Below are positions 36,418 to 49,336 of a stretch of 64,000 bases of DNA, one piece after another. The first letter of the stretch is position 1; every line of letters begins with the position of its first letter. The notes beneath the pieces are model-generated. The model saw nothing but the letters and a program-made list of their open reading frames with translations. It did no database searches and was not told where the DNA came from. Source of the stretch: Prorocentrum cordatum (Eukaryota); NCBI GenBank assembly GCA_963575745.1, contig CAUYUJ010000213.1, positions 1 to 64,000 on the forward strand. The letters are read 5' to 3'. The position numbers were made by a program, and so were the translations under genes.

Positions 36418-38690
36418 TCCTTCGTCTTACTCTAGGTGCTCGATTGTTGACCTCCTCGTCAGCGCAGCCATCAACCTACCGCGCAGAAGCCCGGCAGAGG
36501 AAGGAGGACCGCGGGAGGGCCCCCAGAGGCCCCCGAAGGGCCTCCGAGCTGGACGCCGGCAGTGGGTGCCCAGCTGAGCTCTCTGTGCGCGCGGGGCCCC
36601 CGCGCGCGAAGAAAAACCGCCCCGCGTCCGCGGGCGGTCGCGGCCCTGCCGCTTGCGGTTGCAGGAGGACGACGGTCCGCGGCACCGCGGACCGCGAAGC
36701 ACCACTCAAAATGGCCGAGGGCGGATGAGGAGAGAGAGGGGGGGTCCTGAGAGGTTGAATTCTGAACCGGCGCTGTATCCCTGGTTGGCATCTGGCCTAA
36801 TGTGGCTCCCTAATCTTGCTTTATCCATTGTAGTCTGGCGCAGTCCGGCCCAGTCCTGCTGACTCCGTCTTCACCCCAGGCTTAAATCCGGCCCGATTTG
36901 GCGCAATGGTTCCCCAATCGGGTTTAATAGCCATTAACCTTTCTGACGAAGACCTCCCAGTCGTTTGCCTGCAGGTTGGCACCAACACTAGTATCGGCAG
37001 TGTGCCTCCTCCGAGGGAAGATGATCCCGATCTCGGTGAAAGCGGTAATACTTGGGCTACTTGGGCTACTTGGGTTTCTTAGGTGGCCGAAAGATCCCCT
37101 CAGTTTCAGGCTTCAACTCCAGGGAGCTTCAGGAGGGGAATCTACATGTGTGTATATATATATATATATGTTCAGCACACATACACGTCGATTCCCGTGA
37201 ACATGTAGAGAATATGGGAAGTGGAGGGGAAGACGAACAGCTTTTACACAAATGTAACATGTTCGGAAGTCTGGAATTTGCGGCTATTCAGTTGTGTGTC
37301 CTTGAGCCCCTTTCAAAGTTGCCTCCCAGGGGGTGGGGCCCCGCGGCCGACGCGGCAGAACATGGCGCGCGGCGGCCCTGGGCGCAGCGAGCACGTCGTG
37401 GCCGCGGCGCTCCGAGCTGGCTGGGCCAAGTTCGGGGCCCCGGAGTTGGACGAGGCTCCGCGGAGATCGGAGGAGAGACGTGGTCGGGCAGGTGGCAGTG
37501 GGCAGTCACCTACATGGTGGTGGAAGACGGGCCCCTTTCTTCTCCCCCCATTGAGGTCACCCCCCATTGCCACATGCCCGAGTCAGAGGAGAAGCGTGGA
37601 CCACCGCCACCGATAACCCATCTGTGCGGAGCCGACCCGATGGGTTCTCGGTGGCGGTGGTCCGCTTGTCTCCTCCGAGGGGACCCCTGGAAACCAGGGT
37701 CGAGGGTCGCATCCCAGACATGATCGCGTCATGAAGGAGGGCCTGTCTTTCCCGAAGCTCAAGCAGGTCCACTGGCATGGCATTCCCCCCTCCTCCTGCC
37801 TGGCATTCCCCCCCCCCTCTCTCCGCTGGCTCTTTTGCAGCACTGTCGGGCCAGAGAGAGGCGTGCAGGGGAGCCCCGGCTTTCGTGCAGTCCAGATTCG
37901 CTTCCGGGGCCTCGCCACGTCTCCCCCTTCCCCCCTCCAATGCACGTCAACCTGACAGAAGTTCGGGTGCATCTCCTGGGAGGTCAACTTCTGATGTTGC
38001 CCTGGTCCGAAATCCGGCATACTCCGGCTCAATCCCGCTTCATCCCGTTTCCTCCCGCATACTAATCCCGCATGATCTGGCCTAATCCCGCTTCATCCCG
38101 TTTCATCCCGCATATTAATCCCGCTTCATCCGGCTTGATCCCGCTCAATCCGTGGCCCACTCCGGCGTAACAGCTCCCAAATGGGGCTTGATCCTCCATA
38201 TTTTTTTCGACGAGAACCTCCCAGTAGTTGCCTCCCAACAGAAGCTGAAGAGGAACCAGCCCCGGGGAAGGGCTGTCAGCCACGCGCAAAGGGGGTAGGG
38301 GGAGGGGGGAGGGCTTGTCAGAAGCATTCCTGCTTCTCAGAAGGCGCGGGCCTTGTCTATAGACATAGGGCTGGCGCCTTCTACGAAGCAGCCTCGATCT
38401 AAGAAGCCTTCCCCCCCACTTGTGCTTGACGCCCAGCAGGGCTGGGATCTCCTGGGGGGGCCTCATCGAAAACATCGAGGCATCGCACGTCTTGTGAGCT
38501 GACCGTGCCCCTTGTCCCTGTCCTTCCAGCGTTCTTATTCCGTGCTCCGCCGCAGAATACACATGCACCCTCCATTGGGTTGTTCCTGGGCCTCAGAGGA
38601 GTGTGACGGTGTGTAAATCACCACTGAGAGCCAGCGACTTTATACACCGCCACCCTCCCTGAAGGCACATGCAAAGTTTGTCGGAGGGTG

Positions 38691-38734
<44 letters not shown>

Positions 38735-39063
38735 CATATATATACATATATATACTCTGATGGCGTGTGTGCTTCGATCGCGGCGCTGTTCCTCATGTCC
38801 AGCCTCAAGGTAGTGTGGGTGGGCGGGAGTCGTCGGGCCCAGGGGCCGAGAGCGGAGCCTAGACGAGAAGCTTTCCCCCGGCAAGAGGCCAAGACTTCCT
38901 GGGGCCCGCGGACTGAAGACGCGACCCTCCTCGGGTAGGAGATCGACTGTCGAATCGATCTGCCCAAGAGGCTGTCCTTCCAGGGTCCGGCGCTAACACG
39001 GGTTATCGGACTCCCCCCCCCTTCCCCGGATAGCCTCACCCTTTCGGTTGAGCAGGTTTAGAC

Positions 39064-39257
39064 TGAAGTCGGGCCTGTCCCCTCTACAGGGGGATCTTCG
39101 AGGGAAAATGCAAGATATCCCCAACAATATCAAAAAATAGTCCAAACCTAGTCTGGGGACTGTTTTTTTAGTATTTGTTTTACCTTTTTGGAGTATTTTT
39201 GGGGTATTTCTTAGTTTTCGTCGAAAACACCCCTGTAGGGGGACACGCCCGACATAA
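39064..39257. mobile_element. MITE family E, TSD GTTTAGA(C/T)
   Basis: Same TIR and AT-rich core as 5777-5966. Confidence 0.85.
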
Positions 39258-41994
39258 GTTTAGATATCTCTTTAGGCACTCCCGGACGGCGCCCGCAGCG
39301 CGACGGTTAGGTCATCAGCCGGCCCCTCCCCCCGCCGGACAACCCAGTGGTTGCCGATCCAGGAAATATATCCCGAACTCGTTTGCTCGTGGACTCAGCG
39401 AAGCATATGCAGCATGTTTCGCAGATCTACGGAGCATGCGGTGTACGTTTGGCAGATTCGATGAGCAAGCAGCTCTGGGGCAAACCAGTTATGTAGTCGA
39501 CCTGTGCTTCGAGTCGTGTTGCACATGCGGCCATACGGGAGACCATGGGCCACGGGCCGCCGCTTGGTATGTAGGACCCTGCAAGACAAGTTAGTGAGAG
39601 AAATGCATCGTCGGATGTCTGGATCCTCGTCTGGGGACCGGCTGTGTCGCTGTGGTGACGGTCCTTGGATCCCGGGTCGTGTGACCTGGTGCCGAACATC
39701 TGCCAGCGCAAGTTGTTCGAGTCGCGAAAGGTCTGGGTCGTCACCTTCAGTTCTTCAAAACGGGTGGGTTGGCAACTAACGTCAATTCGGCAAGTCTGGC
39801 TGAGGAGGTGTCTGGAGGCCTACGGAGGCATCTGCCCCTCCCTCTTTTTATTCCACCTCTCCGCTGTCCGCCTCCCTCTTCGCCCCTGGCCTCCTCCTCA
39901 GCTTGGGCCAATTCTCTCACGGGAAAGGGGACGCTGTTGCTCATCATTCCCGCGTGTCGCGTCCCCAGCCTGCTGCCCTCTTATGATTCAGCGCCGCGCA
40001 AATGCACTTGCGTTGACGATGAGAACCCTTGGGCATTCTGTGAGAGCCCGGGTAACTACCTGCAGCTCCTCCTCTTACCCAGTTTGCACTTCTTTCTTTT
40101 CCTTCCCCTTGCCCTCCTTACAGTTCCCCTCTCCTCTTCCGCCAAACCTGCAACACTTCTGCAGCTGGTTGTACTCCTGCTGCTAGTTGTAGTACCGTCG
40201 TCAACTACTCCCCTGGGAATGCACCCGATCGCGCCGCTCTTTCGCCAACGGCCTCATACCTACCTTGCCCTCCGTGGCCCCCAGAATTTCCAGCCGACGT
40301 AGGGCGCAGACGGTAACAAGCAGGAGGTTATGAAAGACTAGGTGGACGATGTGAGGAGGAGGAAGCGGAGGGGGTTTGACTGCCGCCCTTGGGAGGAGGG
40401 CGTCGCGTCGGGCTTGTCCCGGTTCTCACCTCTCCTGGGGATGCGCGCCGGATGCTTCTTGCCCTCCGCACAGGCCACTCGCGAGTATGTGAGAGGCTGT
40501 CGCCACCTCCTGCGGTCGTTCCCGCGCCCCTCAATTGTCGTTTGTGGGTACTGTTCTCCTGATGTTTGCCCTTCCGCCTGCTGTCTCCTCCCTGGCCCTC
40601 CCTTCTCCTTCCTCCTCCTTTCCCATCCTCCGCGTGCGCCGACCGACGTGACGCAGCTGATCGCCTCTCGCTTCCCAAGTTGGGCGAGCTCTGGATCGCG
40701 GTGGCGGGACCAGACATTTGCGGGGCCGGCTCGGGCTCGGCAGCGAGCTTCTTTTCAAGCCACCAAATTCCAAGGGTTTGCCCAAGCGACGGCTTGGTGG
40801 CACCCGCCAGGGGGCCTCGCGGACACTGTCGGCGTCGCTTGCGCAATCTTAGCCCGGGGGGTGGGTGGTCAGCTTGGCAGGACGGGTGGGAGGGGGGGGG
40901 CAGGGGGAAGAGCTACGCCGTGGCAGCTCTCAATCCCACCTCTGCCATGGCAGCCAGCGACGGGGAGGAGGAGGCGGTGGAGGCGGAAGGGGGGACGGGA
41001 GCACGAGCTGCCGGTGGTGGCGGAGGAGGAGGGACGAGCAGGGACAAAGAAGAGTAGCCAGCGGCGGAGGGGCACGAGGGCTTGGAGGAGGCAGACGTAG
41101 CGGCGAAGGGGGTGGAGGCCGACGGGGTCAACGCCAGCAGCCGTGCCGGGCGCCGGGGGCGATCCGGGTTCTCGCGGAGCTCTCGCGGCAGATCCGAGCG
41201 TTCCTATCTCCATCCAGCGGGGTCCTGCGCCGCCCCGAGCTCTCCTCTATTCTGGGACGGGGACTTGTCCATACCCCTGGGGGATCGATTCTCAGGGAAC
41301 TCGGCATGCGGTGGATGTGGACACATACGGGCCCTGGGAGGCCCAGACATACCAAGATCCGCCGCGTGCCGCGGTCTCCGAAGATCGATCCACCGGCCGA
41401 TAGTGATGCATGACTTCTCCCCGATCATCTAGCTTTCGAGTAGGGGATCGGCTAAAGAATTTCGTTACCCCAAGATTGGATTCTTCGTCGAACATACGAA
41501 CTGTCTGTCTGCAGTCGATCACCCACTCAAATATTTATCCAATTTCGATCCTCCCCCCCGTCCTCTTGTTAACCCAAGGCAGCGGACGCATCCCCCCCTT
41601 TTGCGGGGGCCCCCTCCTGCTGGGCGCGCCTCCCCCCCGGTGCGTCGGACGCGGCCAGCGCGGACGCGTGCGAGGGGGAGTTGGTGGTGGCTGACAAAGT
41701 TGACGACGAAGCCAACCGTGAAGATCGGCGCCCCTCGCACCTGCTCCCTCACCCCTGTGGAGGGGAGGAGGCAGAGGAGGAACAGGTACCCATGGAGCCA
41801 TGCTTCATTTTCCCCTTAGTAAGCCTCCTGAGAGGTCTCTCATCGCCAACGCTGGGTTCGGCTTGAAATTCTGTTCAGAACGCACCCTGGGAGAGGGCCG
41901 GGGAGTAGCGGTATCGGTACTTTTTTGGTTTCCCCAGAGGAGGAGGCGGAGGAGGAGGAGGAGGAGGAGGAGGAGGAGGAGGAGGAGGAGGAGG

Positions 41995-42066
<72 letters not shown>

Positions 42067-44544
42067 AGCAGGAGGAGAAGGATCAGGAGGATGTTGGGTG
42101 TGTGGACAAGACACATGATGGGGGAGCGGGGGTGGGGCGAGCAGGAGCGGGAGGAGTGGGATGCGTAGGAGGAAGAGGGAAGAAGGCAGGAAGAGGGACG
42201 ACAGGAGGTGGATGACCGAGGAGGAGTTGAGGGAGAGGGAGGATCAGGAAGAACAGTAGGAGGAGGAACGCGAGGCTGCAAATGAGGAGGAGCAGGAGGA
42301 GGACGGAGGGACTATGAGGGGGAAAGAGGGAGGAGGTGCAGGGAGGATCGACGGGAGAGATGCGGTCGCGGAGCGTCGGGCAGAAGCAGGAAGAGGAGCA
42401 TTTCCGGGAGGACGAAACGGAGAGGGTTCACCGCTGATACTCGGAAGCCGCCCCTGCCGCCACGGAGCGGGCGTTCGAGCACAGTGGCCCCTCTCTCTGC
42501 ATCGCCGGCGAAGGTGGAGCAGCTGGGCCCCCTGCTGCTGGAGCAGGGGCTGAAGGAGAAGCAGGCCCCGACAAGGGGGGTCATCGTCGGCAATCGTCCT
42601 TGGATGGGCTTGGGCTTGCGCACGGGTGAGCATTGATGGACGTTGGTCATTGAAACAAAGTTCACAGGGTTTCTCGCCAATTTCGTCCTCCCAAAGCTTT
42701 TCCCTGCGACCCAGGACCATGAAACAATGGCTCTGGATGATAATCCGATTCTGGGGAAGGACCCGTTTCCACCAGGACCCACTTATGATTTCATGCCATG
42801 GCAGAGAGCCCTCGTCTCACCACGCGAAGCGCCCCAGAGGCGTCGCCGGAGTCGGCGCGGTGGTGTTGAAGTTGCCTCGGACGACCCTTGTTGAGGCCAG
42901 GCTGGGCTACCTCCAGGGGCTTTTCTTTGCGTTGCCCGAAGCCCGAAGCGTGGAAAATGCTCCTCGCCCTCGTCGTCTTCGTGGTTGCCCTCCTTGTCCT
43001 CATCCTTGTCGTCAACGTGCTCGTGCTCGTGGTCGTCGCCCCCACCTCCCGCCCGCTGTGGCGCGACTTTGGCCAGCTGGATTCAGAAGGAGGTGACAGG
43101 GGGTCCAGAGCGGGAAAGAGGATTTGTTGGAGCACGTTTGCTGCAATTCCTGCTTCCTGTCTCTCCCCTGTCCCCTCCCATCAGCAGTCCCTTTTGCTCA
43201 CGCTTCCACTGTTCAGTGGTTTCTAACCCTTGGCTGTAGCGCCATGCCGCACTTCGAGAGGTCCCTTTGCCTTTTGTCCGTCTCGGACGTCCCCTCGTGA
43301 CCGCGCGCCGACTGTTGGGCACATCAAAGGAGCGTTCAGTCGTTCACGTGTTCGTGAATGCCTGCAGCGTGTTCCCAGTCCAACGCGATGACGGACGTTA
43401 AACCGGGGGGGGAGGGGGGGCGGTGGGCCGGTGATGCCACGTTCCGCGCCTGCGCCGTCTGGGAATGCCCAGGGACGGCTCGAGACACCTCGGCACCTCG
43501 GAGGTCAGCGCCAGTCGTGACGTTGCCTAGCGGGGAGAAGCGAGGGGCGGCCAGGGCGGGTAACGGCCGCTGTCGCGAACAGAAGACAGCAACGATGTTT
43601 TGAGCGTTGCTTCCCGGGTTTCGCCGCGCTTCGTCGAGGTGGTAGTGAAGCGGCGCGCAGGTCACCGCAGGGGGTGACGTCCTGGGGTGGCCGTGAGGGC
43701 GCAAATTCTCACGCTTGCGGAGCCGATTGCGAAGGGAGAAGTGGTGCATGTGCGACGCTCCCGTTGACGAAAACACATCGCGGGGTCCTTGGGTAGGTTT
43801 CTTCATGTCAGCCGACATCTGATTAGTATGGTTGTTCGCAGCAGACCTCGCCCCGCTCACAGGCCCGTGACCCCCGCAGTTGCGCCCGTCCGGTGCAGGG
43901 ATCGGGCGAAGCGCCGAGCCCTCCCCATCAACACGTCCAGGAGGTGTGCTCTGCACGGGGCTCGAGCTGAGCGGTGGTTGGGCGTTTTCGTAGACCCTTG
44001 TTGTTGTTTTGATGCCGTCCTGCACCAGAGGCGGAACGAAGACAGAACGAGGAAACAACACAAATCAAAACGAAGACGGAAGACATTGCTCAGCTCGAGC
44101 CCTGCCTCGACACGAGCGGGGGACGCGTGGATTGGTCGGACGGCCAGGCGGGGAAAGAGAAAGGGGGAAGTCTGCGGCCTGCAGCTGGCTTTCAGCCTGG
44201 CCGCCTGGAGCTCTTTCTCTTTGCACACTGGCGGAGGTGCTGGGAAGATCTGGTCCTCTCGTCCCACCCGAGTGGAAGGAGGGAGTGGAGAGGAGGGGAG
44301 GGAGGAGATGAGGGAGGAGAGGAGGGGGGAGGAGGAGGGAGTGGAGGGGAGGAGAGGAGGGATGCGAGGGGGAGGCGGAGGGAGGGGAGGAGGGAGGGGC
44401 CGGAGGACTTCCTGGTCCTCCTCGTCGTCCCCTTCCTGGTCGTCCTCCATTCCCTGTTCTTATAGATAACTCCTCCCTGTCGCACCCCGAGGCTGGTCGA
44501 AAGGGCGGGCCGGGCGTTTCGCCTGATCCTCACCAGTTATGACT

Positions 44545-44892
44545 CGAATGCTGCAAAGTCGGCAACAGTTTCACGGATTGAGGGCGGGTCGTTTTCAACA
44601 TGTGGTTCTCGCTTTAGCGCCGCGCGCATTCGTTTTAAACATTTGCAAGAGTTTCGCGGCTCGAGGGCAGGCCGTTTTTCAAAATGTGGTTCTCGCTTTA
44701 GCGCCGTCGTTTGAAACAAGTTTGAGGAGATTCACGGATTGATGGGGGGTCGTTTTCAAAGTGTGATTCTCGCATTAGCGCTGCGCACACTCGTTTAGAA
44801 CAATTGCAAGAGTTTCGCGGATTGAGGACGGGTCTTTCAAGATGTGGTTCTAGCGCCGCTCACATTCGTGTCAAACATTTGCAAGAGTTTCG
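44545..44892. repeat. Diverged tandem repeat with ~70-90-bp units
   Basis: AGTTTC(A/G)CGGATTGAGG...TGTGGTTCTCGCTTTAGCGC recurs about four times. Confidence 0.7.
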
Positions 44893-46179
44893 ATGTGTCC
44901 CAGGTCTAACGTACCAGACATATGTTTAGTGGAACGATTCAGGATATCCAGGGCGCAACAGTTTCGTTGATTCGTTGTGTTGCAGTCCCAGGAATCGTGT
45001 TTTGACACGATTCAAGATCGCCAAGTCGTAACAGTCAGGTTAATTCGGGCGTTGAAGTCCTGAGAGGGGTGTTTTGGCACGTTTCAAGATGTTCACAGGG
45101 TTGTCCCCCAACGGGGCAATGCCCTCAGTGGAAACGACCCCTTGTGGGGGCCTGTGAAGAGGGATCTTGGAGGGAGGGTGCACCCCAACATCGTCGACGA
45201 GTCTGAGGCTTACACTGGTCCTCCTCCTCCTCCTCCCCGACCCTCCCTCCTCCTCGATCCTCACTGCTCCTTCTCCCTCCACTTCCTCCTTCTCGACCCT
45301 CCTCCTCCTCCTCCTCCTCCTCCTCTTCCTCTTTCTCCCCCCCCCTCCACCCCGGCACCCGCTGCGGCAGCGGCCGCGGAAGGTGGCCGCCCTCGCCAGG
45401 GCCATCGCCCGCCTCGGTTCCGCCTCGGCGCCGGCACGGAGCAGGGCCGAGGCCTCGGCGGCTGGAGAGCAAGGAGGGAGGGAGGGGGGAGGAGGGAGGA
45501 GGAGGGAGAGGAGGAAGAGCAGGAGGAGGAGGAAGAGGAAGAGGAGGAGGAGGAGGAGGAGGAGGAGGAGGAGGAGGAGGGAGGAGGAGGCAGGAGGAAG
45601 AGGAGGTGGAGGAGCAGGAGGAAGAGGAGGAGGAGGAGGAGGAGGAGCAGGAGGAGGGAGAGGAAGGACGAGGAGGAGGAGGAGGAGGAGGAGGAGGAGA
45701 GGGTAGGGGGTGGAGCTTATCTTTCACGAAGATCCTACAGCCGATCACACCAGTGACCCTGGTTGTCTAGTTTGATCAGCCTCTCAGGGCCAACCGGCCC
45801 GGGGTGGGGAGGGCTGCGTCCGGCCCACCCGGGAGCCACCCCTGGCACGCCCCGCGCGCCAGGGAAGGGGGATCCAGGCGCCGATCCAAGAGATCCGTGT
45901 GGAGCTCCGAAAGTTTATGTTCACGTTGTTTCTTGCATCTCTAAGGGTGGGAGGGTAGGTCTGCGTCGTGTCGGCCAGAGGCGACCCCGCCGCAAAGCGT
46001 TCCACGTTGGACGCCGCCGCAGACCCAGAACCGTTCGATGTTGATCGATCTGGCATTTCGGAACCGGCCGATCGTGCAAGGTCGAATGATCCCCGCGGCG
46101 TCAGGAGCCATCGCCGCGTCCGACACGGCACGAACCCGCGGTAAGTGCGTTACCGCCATGTCCTATATTAGATATTGGT

Positions 46180-46935
46180 ATATGTATGCACATGCTTATG
46201 TGTATATATGTACGTGTGTAGGTCGGTAGGTAGGCAGACCTGTGTGTTTGTATGTATGTTTGTATGTCTGTATACATACATGCATGTATGTATGCCTGTA
46301 TGTATGTATGTCCGTATTTTTTATTTATGTATATATGTATTTCTGTACTTTTACATGTATGTATGTATGCATGCATGTATGTATGTCGGTAGGTCGGTAG
46401 GTATGTATTTATGTATGTGCGTATGTATGTATGTATGTATGTATGTATGTATGCATGCACGCACGCACGCACGCACGTATGTATGTATGTATGTATGTAT
46501 GCATGCATGCATGCATGTATGTATGTATGTATGTATGTATGTATGTGTGTGTATGTGTGTATGTATGTATGTATGCATGTATACATGCATGTGTGTATAT
46601 ATGCATGTATGAATGTATGTATGTATGCACAGATGTAAGTATATAAGTATGCATGCATTCATGCATGCATGCATGTATGTATGTATGCATGCATGTATGT
46701 ATGTATGTATATATATATGCGTATGTATGTATATGTGTATGTATGTATGTATGTATGTATGTATGCATGCATGCATGCATGCATGCATGCCTGCATGTAT
46801 GTATGTATGTATGTATGTATGTATGTATGTATGTATGTATGTATGTATGTATGTATGTATGTATGTGTGTATGTATGTATGTATGTATGTATGTATGTAT
46901 GTATGTATGTATGTATGTATGTATGTATGTATGTC
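46180..46935. repeat. (GTAT)n/(GCAT)n microsatellite
   Basis: Direct reading. Confidence 0.95.
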
Positions 46936-49166
46936 TGTTGGTATGCTGGTCTGTCTATATGTGTGTGCATGTGTCTCTCTCTCTCTCGTTGACCCCCTTC
47001 CATATTACGTTGTTGTTGTTCATGCATGCGCGCACGTGTGTCGTAGCCCACCTGGAACTCGGAGATGCGCAGTCGGAAAAGAAGAGTGAGGGGTGGTAGA
47101 TCTGGCGGGGCCAGGACGAGGATCAATCCGTTCCAGAACGTTCCGTAACACCCTCAGATCGTTTTGGAACGTTTCCAGAAGACCGCGGCCTCCAGGCATC
47201 TTTCAGAGCCGCCAGATCTCAGAGATTCTCGATTCATCCTCACCCGATTCTTTTCTCGGTTCGTCTTGGTATGGTATGAGTTCAGGGGCAACGGCAGGGA
47301 GGATGAGCATAGGGGGGATGCATCGACCCCCAATCGCCCATGGAACGCCGATATGGGCCCGGCCCCCCGAATCCTCCAAGACAGCTCAAATCAGACCCCC
47401 CCAAAAATGTGACCCCCCCACTTTATCATGGAATCTGGTGCAGTTGTTCATGCCCAGGAAGAGGTGAGTAGCTATGGCAGGACCACGTCTGCTGCCGACC
47501 GCATCGGTGTATATGACCAATGGGAGGGGGCCAAATGGGCTGGCATCGTCTCTGGGCGCGCGGCTGAAGTTGAATTCCACGCTCACGATTCTCGCCATTG
47601 TTCTTGCCCGTCCCATGACCGGCGACCTCGCCGACGGCCGTCCGCTGACCAGCACAGCCCACTGAGCGTGCCTCCCCTCGACGTGCGTCGTGCCTGCAGT
47701 GCATGCGTCGTGCCTGCAGGTCGGAAACATCGACCTCTTCCCCACTGCCTCCTCCTCCTCCTCATATGCTCCTCCTCCTCCTCCTCCTCCTCCTCCTCCT
47801 CCTCCTCCTCCCTCCTTTCCTGCTTCCTCGTCCTCATCGTCTTCCGCTTCGCTCCCCCCTCCCCTCTCTCTTCCTGCCCCCATCGCCGATATGGGCCCGA
47901 TAGCCCGCCATGCCTTGGAACGTGCGGTCTTGCCATCGGGGGCCTGCCGGTCGCCGATTTGTCGGAAAATGTACTGCCGATTTCAGGTCGATGTTATCCC
48001 CCCCCTAAGTTGGCCATCCCCCCTGTCTTTCCCCCTCAGATGGGCAGTCCTTGTCATCGGCCGAAGCTCCTCATCGCATCAGCGATCGTTGGCTGGTCGG
48101 ATCGTCGAGGCACCCCATGGCTCGAGGTTTGCCAAGAGGGGGTGGACGACTAGGGGGGCGTGGATATCATGGCCAGAGCCATGATGTCTTCCCAGATGTC
48201 ATGTCCCCTCCTTCTGTTGATCGCTTCGCTCATTCCGCCGGCCCATGATGTGGGATCGCTGGCTTGCCCGCGCGTTCGTTGCCCTTGTTGCGCTGGTGGG
48301 CGGTGGTCGTTTTCCAGGGGCGTTTCGTCAGCAGTGTTGGAGTTGGAGCAATTCCGGTGTAGTTATTGGGGGGTGGCTTGTGTGGGGGCTGTCATGGGTA
48401 TGTGGCACCATCGTGAGTTGGGCTTGTCACCCATGGAGTTGTGCTTGTGACCCATGGAGTTCCGCTGTTGGGCCATTCGAGTGCTTGTTTTGGGACTTTG
48501 TTCCGCCCGCTCTACGGGTCCCCCGTATGGCCCACCTGTTGGAGCTGTCTTCGGGGCCTCTTGGGCCGTCTTGGAGGCCTCTTGGGCCGTCTTGGGGCCA
48601 TCTTGGGCCGTTTTGGGGCCCTGTTTGAGCCTCTTGAGCCGTCTTTGGGCGATCTTGGGCCGTCTTGGAGCGCTGGAAAACCGAAAAGGCGAGAGCGCAA
48701 ACATCCTTCAACAATCCAGGGGAAATCTATATTTTTTGCCTCCAGGTGCCCTCTTTGGACCCTATTGCAGGCGTGTTCGGGCATCTTGGAGGCCTCTTGG
48801 GCCGTCAGGAGACCACAGTGAGCGTCTTGGACGTATCGGTCGGCGACTCAGAGCCCTCTTGGACCGTCTTGGGGACCTCTTGGGTTCCTCTTGGTGCGCT
48901 CTGTGGAGCCTGAAAGGCCATCTCTGATCCGACGTTGCCTGGCTTCACTCGGGGTACTTTCGTTCGGGGACTCCAAGGGCCGCGTCGCGCGCGCGAACTA
49001 AAAAATTATTGTACCAGTTGCAGGATTTCTTTACACGCCTCAAGCCCCTTGGACCGGCGAATTTCAATACGTTCCCTGGTCCCCCCCCTGTTCCGCGCAC
49101 GTGCGTCGGGCAACGATTTTCGACCACCTCTTGGACGCCCCCCTTTTGAACGCCCCCAATGGCGAG

Positions 49167-49336
49167 GCTGCTTCGCCGGCGTCCACGGCGCTTGTCAGCA
49201 GAGGCGGCGGCGAGCCGGGCTCGATGCTCTGCTGCGTGCCTGATATCATTTTGATGTACATGGGCAGCACCGATCTGCTACTCAAGGGCACCACGTTCTC
49301 GCTTGCCAGGGGCCACCGCTACGGCGTCGTCGGCAG
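49167..49336 (+). CDS. eEF3-like exon: start of ABC1 to the Walker A N-half
   Basis: LCCVPDIILMYMGSTDLLLKGTTFSLARGHRYGVVGR, followed by an AG|GA donor. Confidence 0.85.

Noticed and set aside
39270..44060. Possible decayed TE coding sequence (also ~21400-22130 and ~54690-55620)
   Set aside because: Complex sequence, but no motif could be recognised by eye; needs a profile search.
46101..47126. MYVC/HTYI-repeat ORFs
   Set aside because: They are translations of the (GTAT)n tract.
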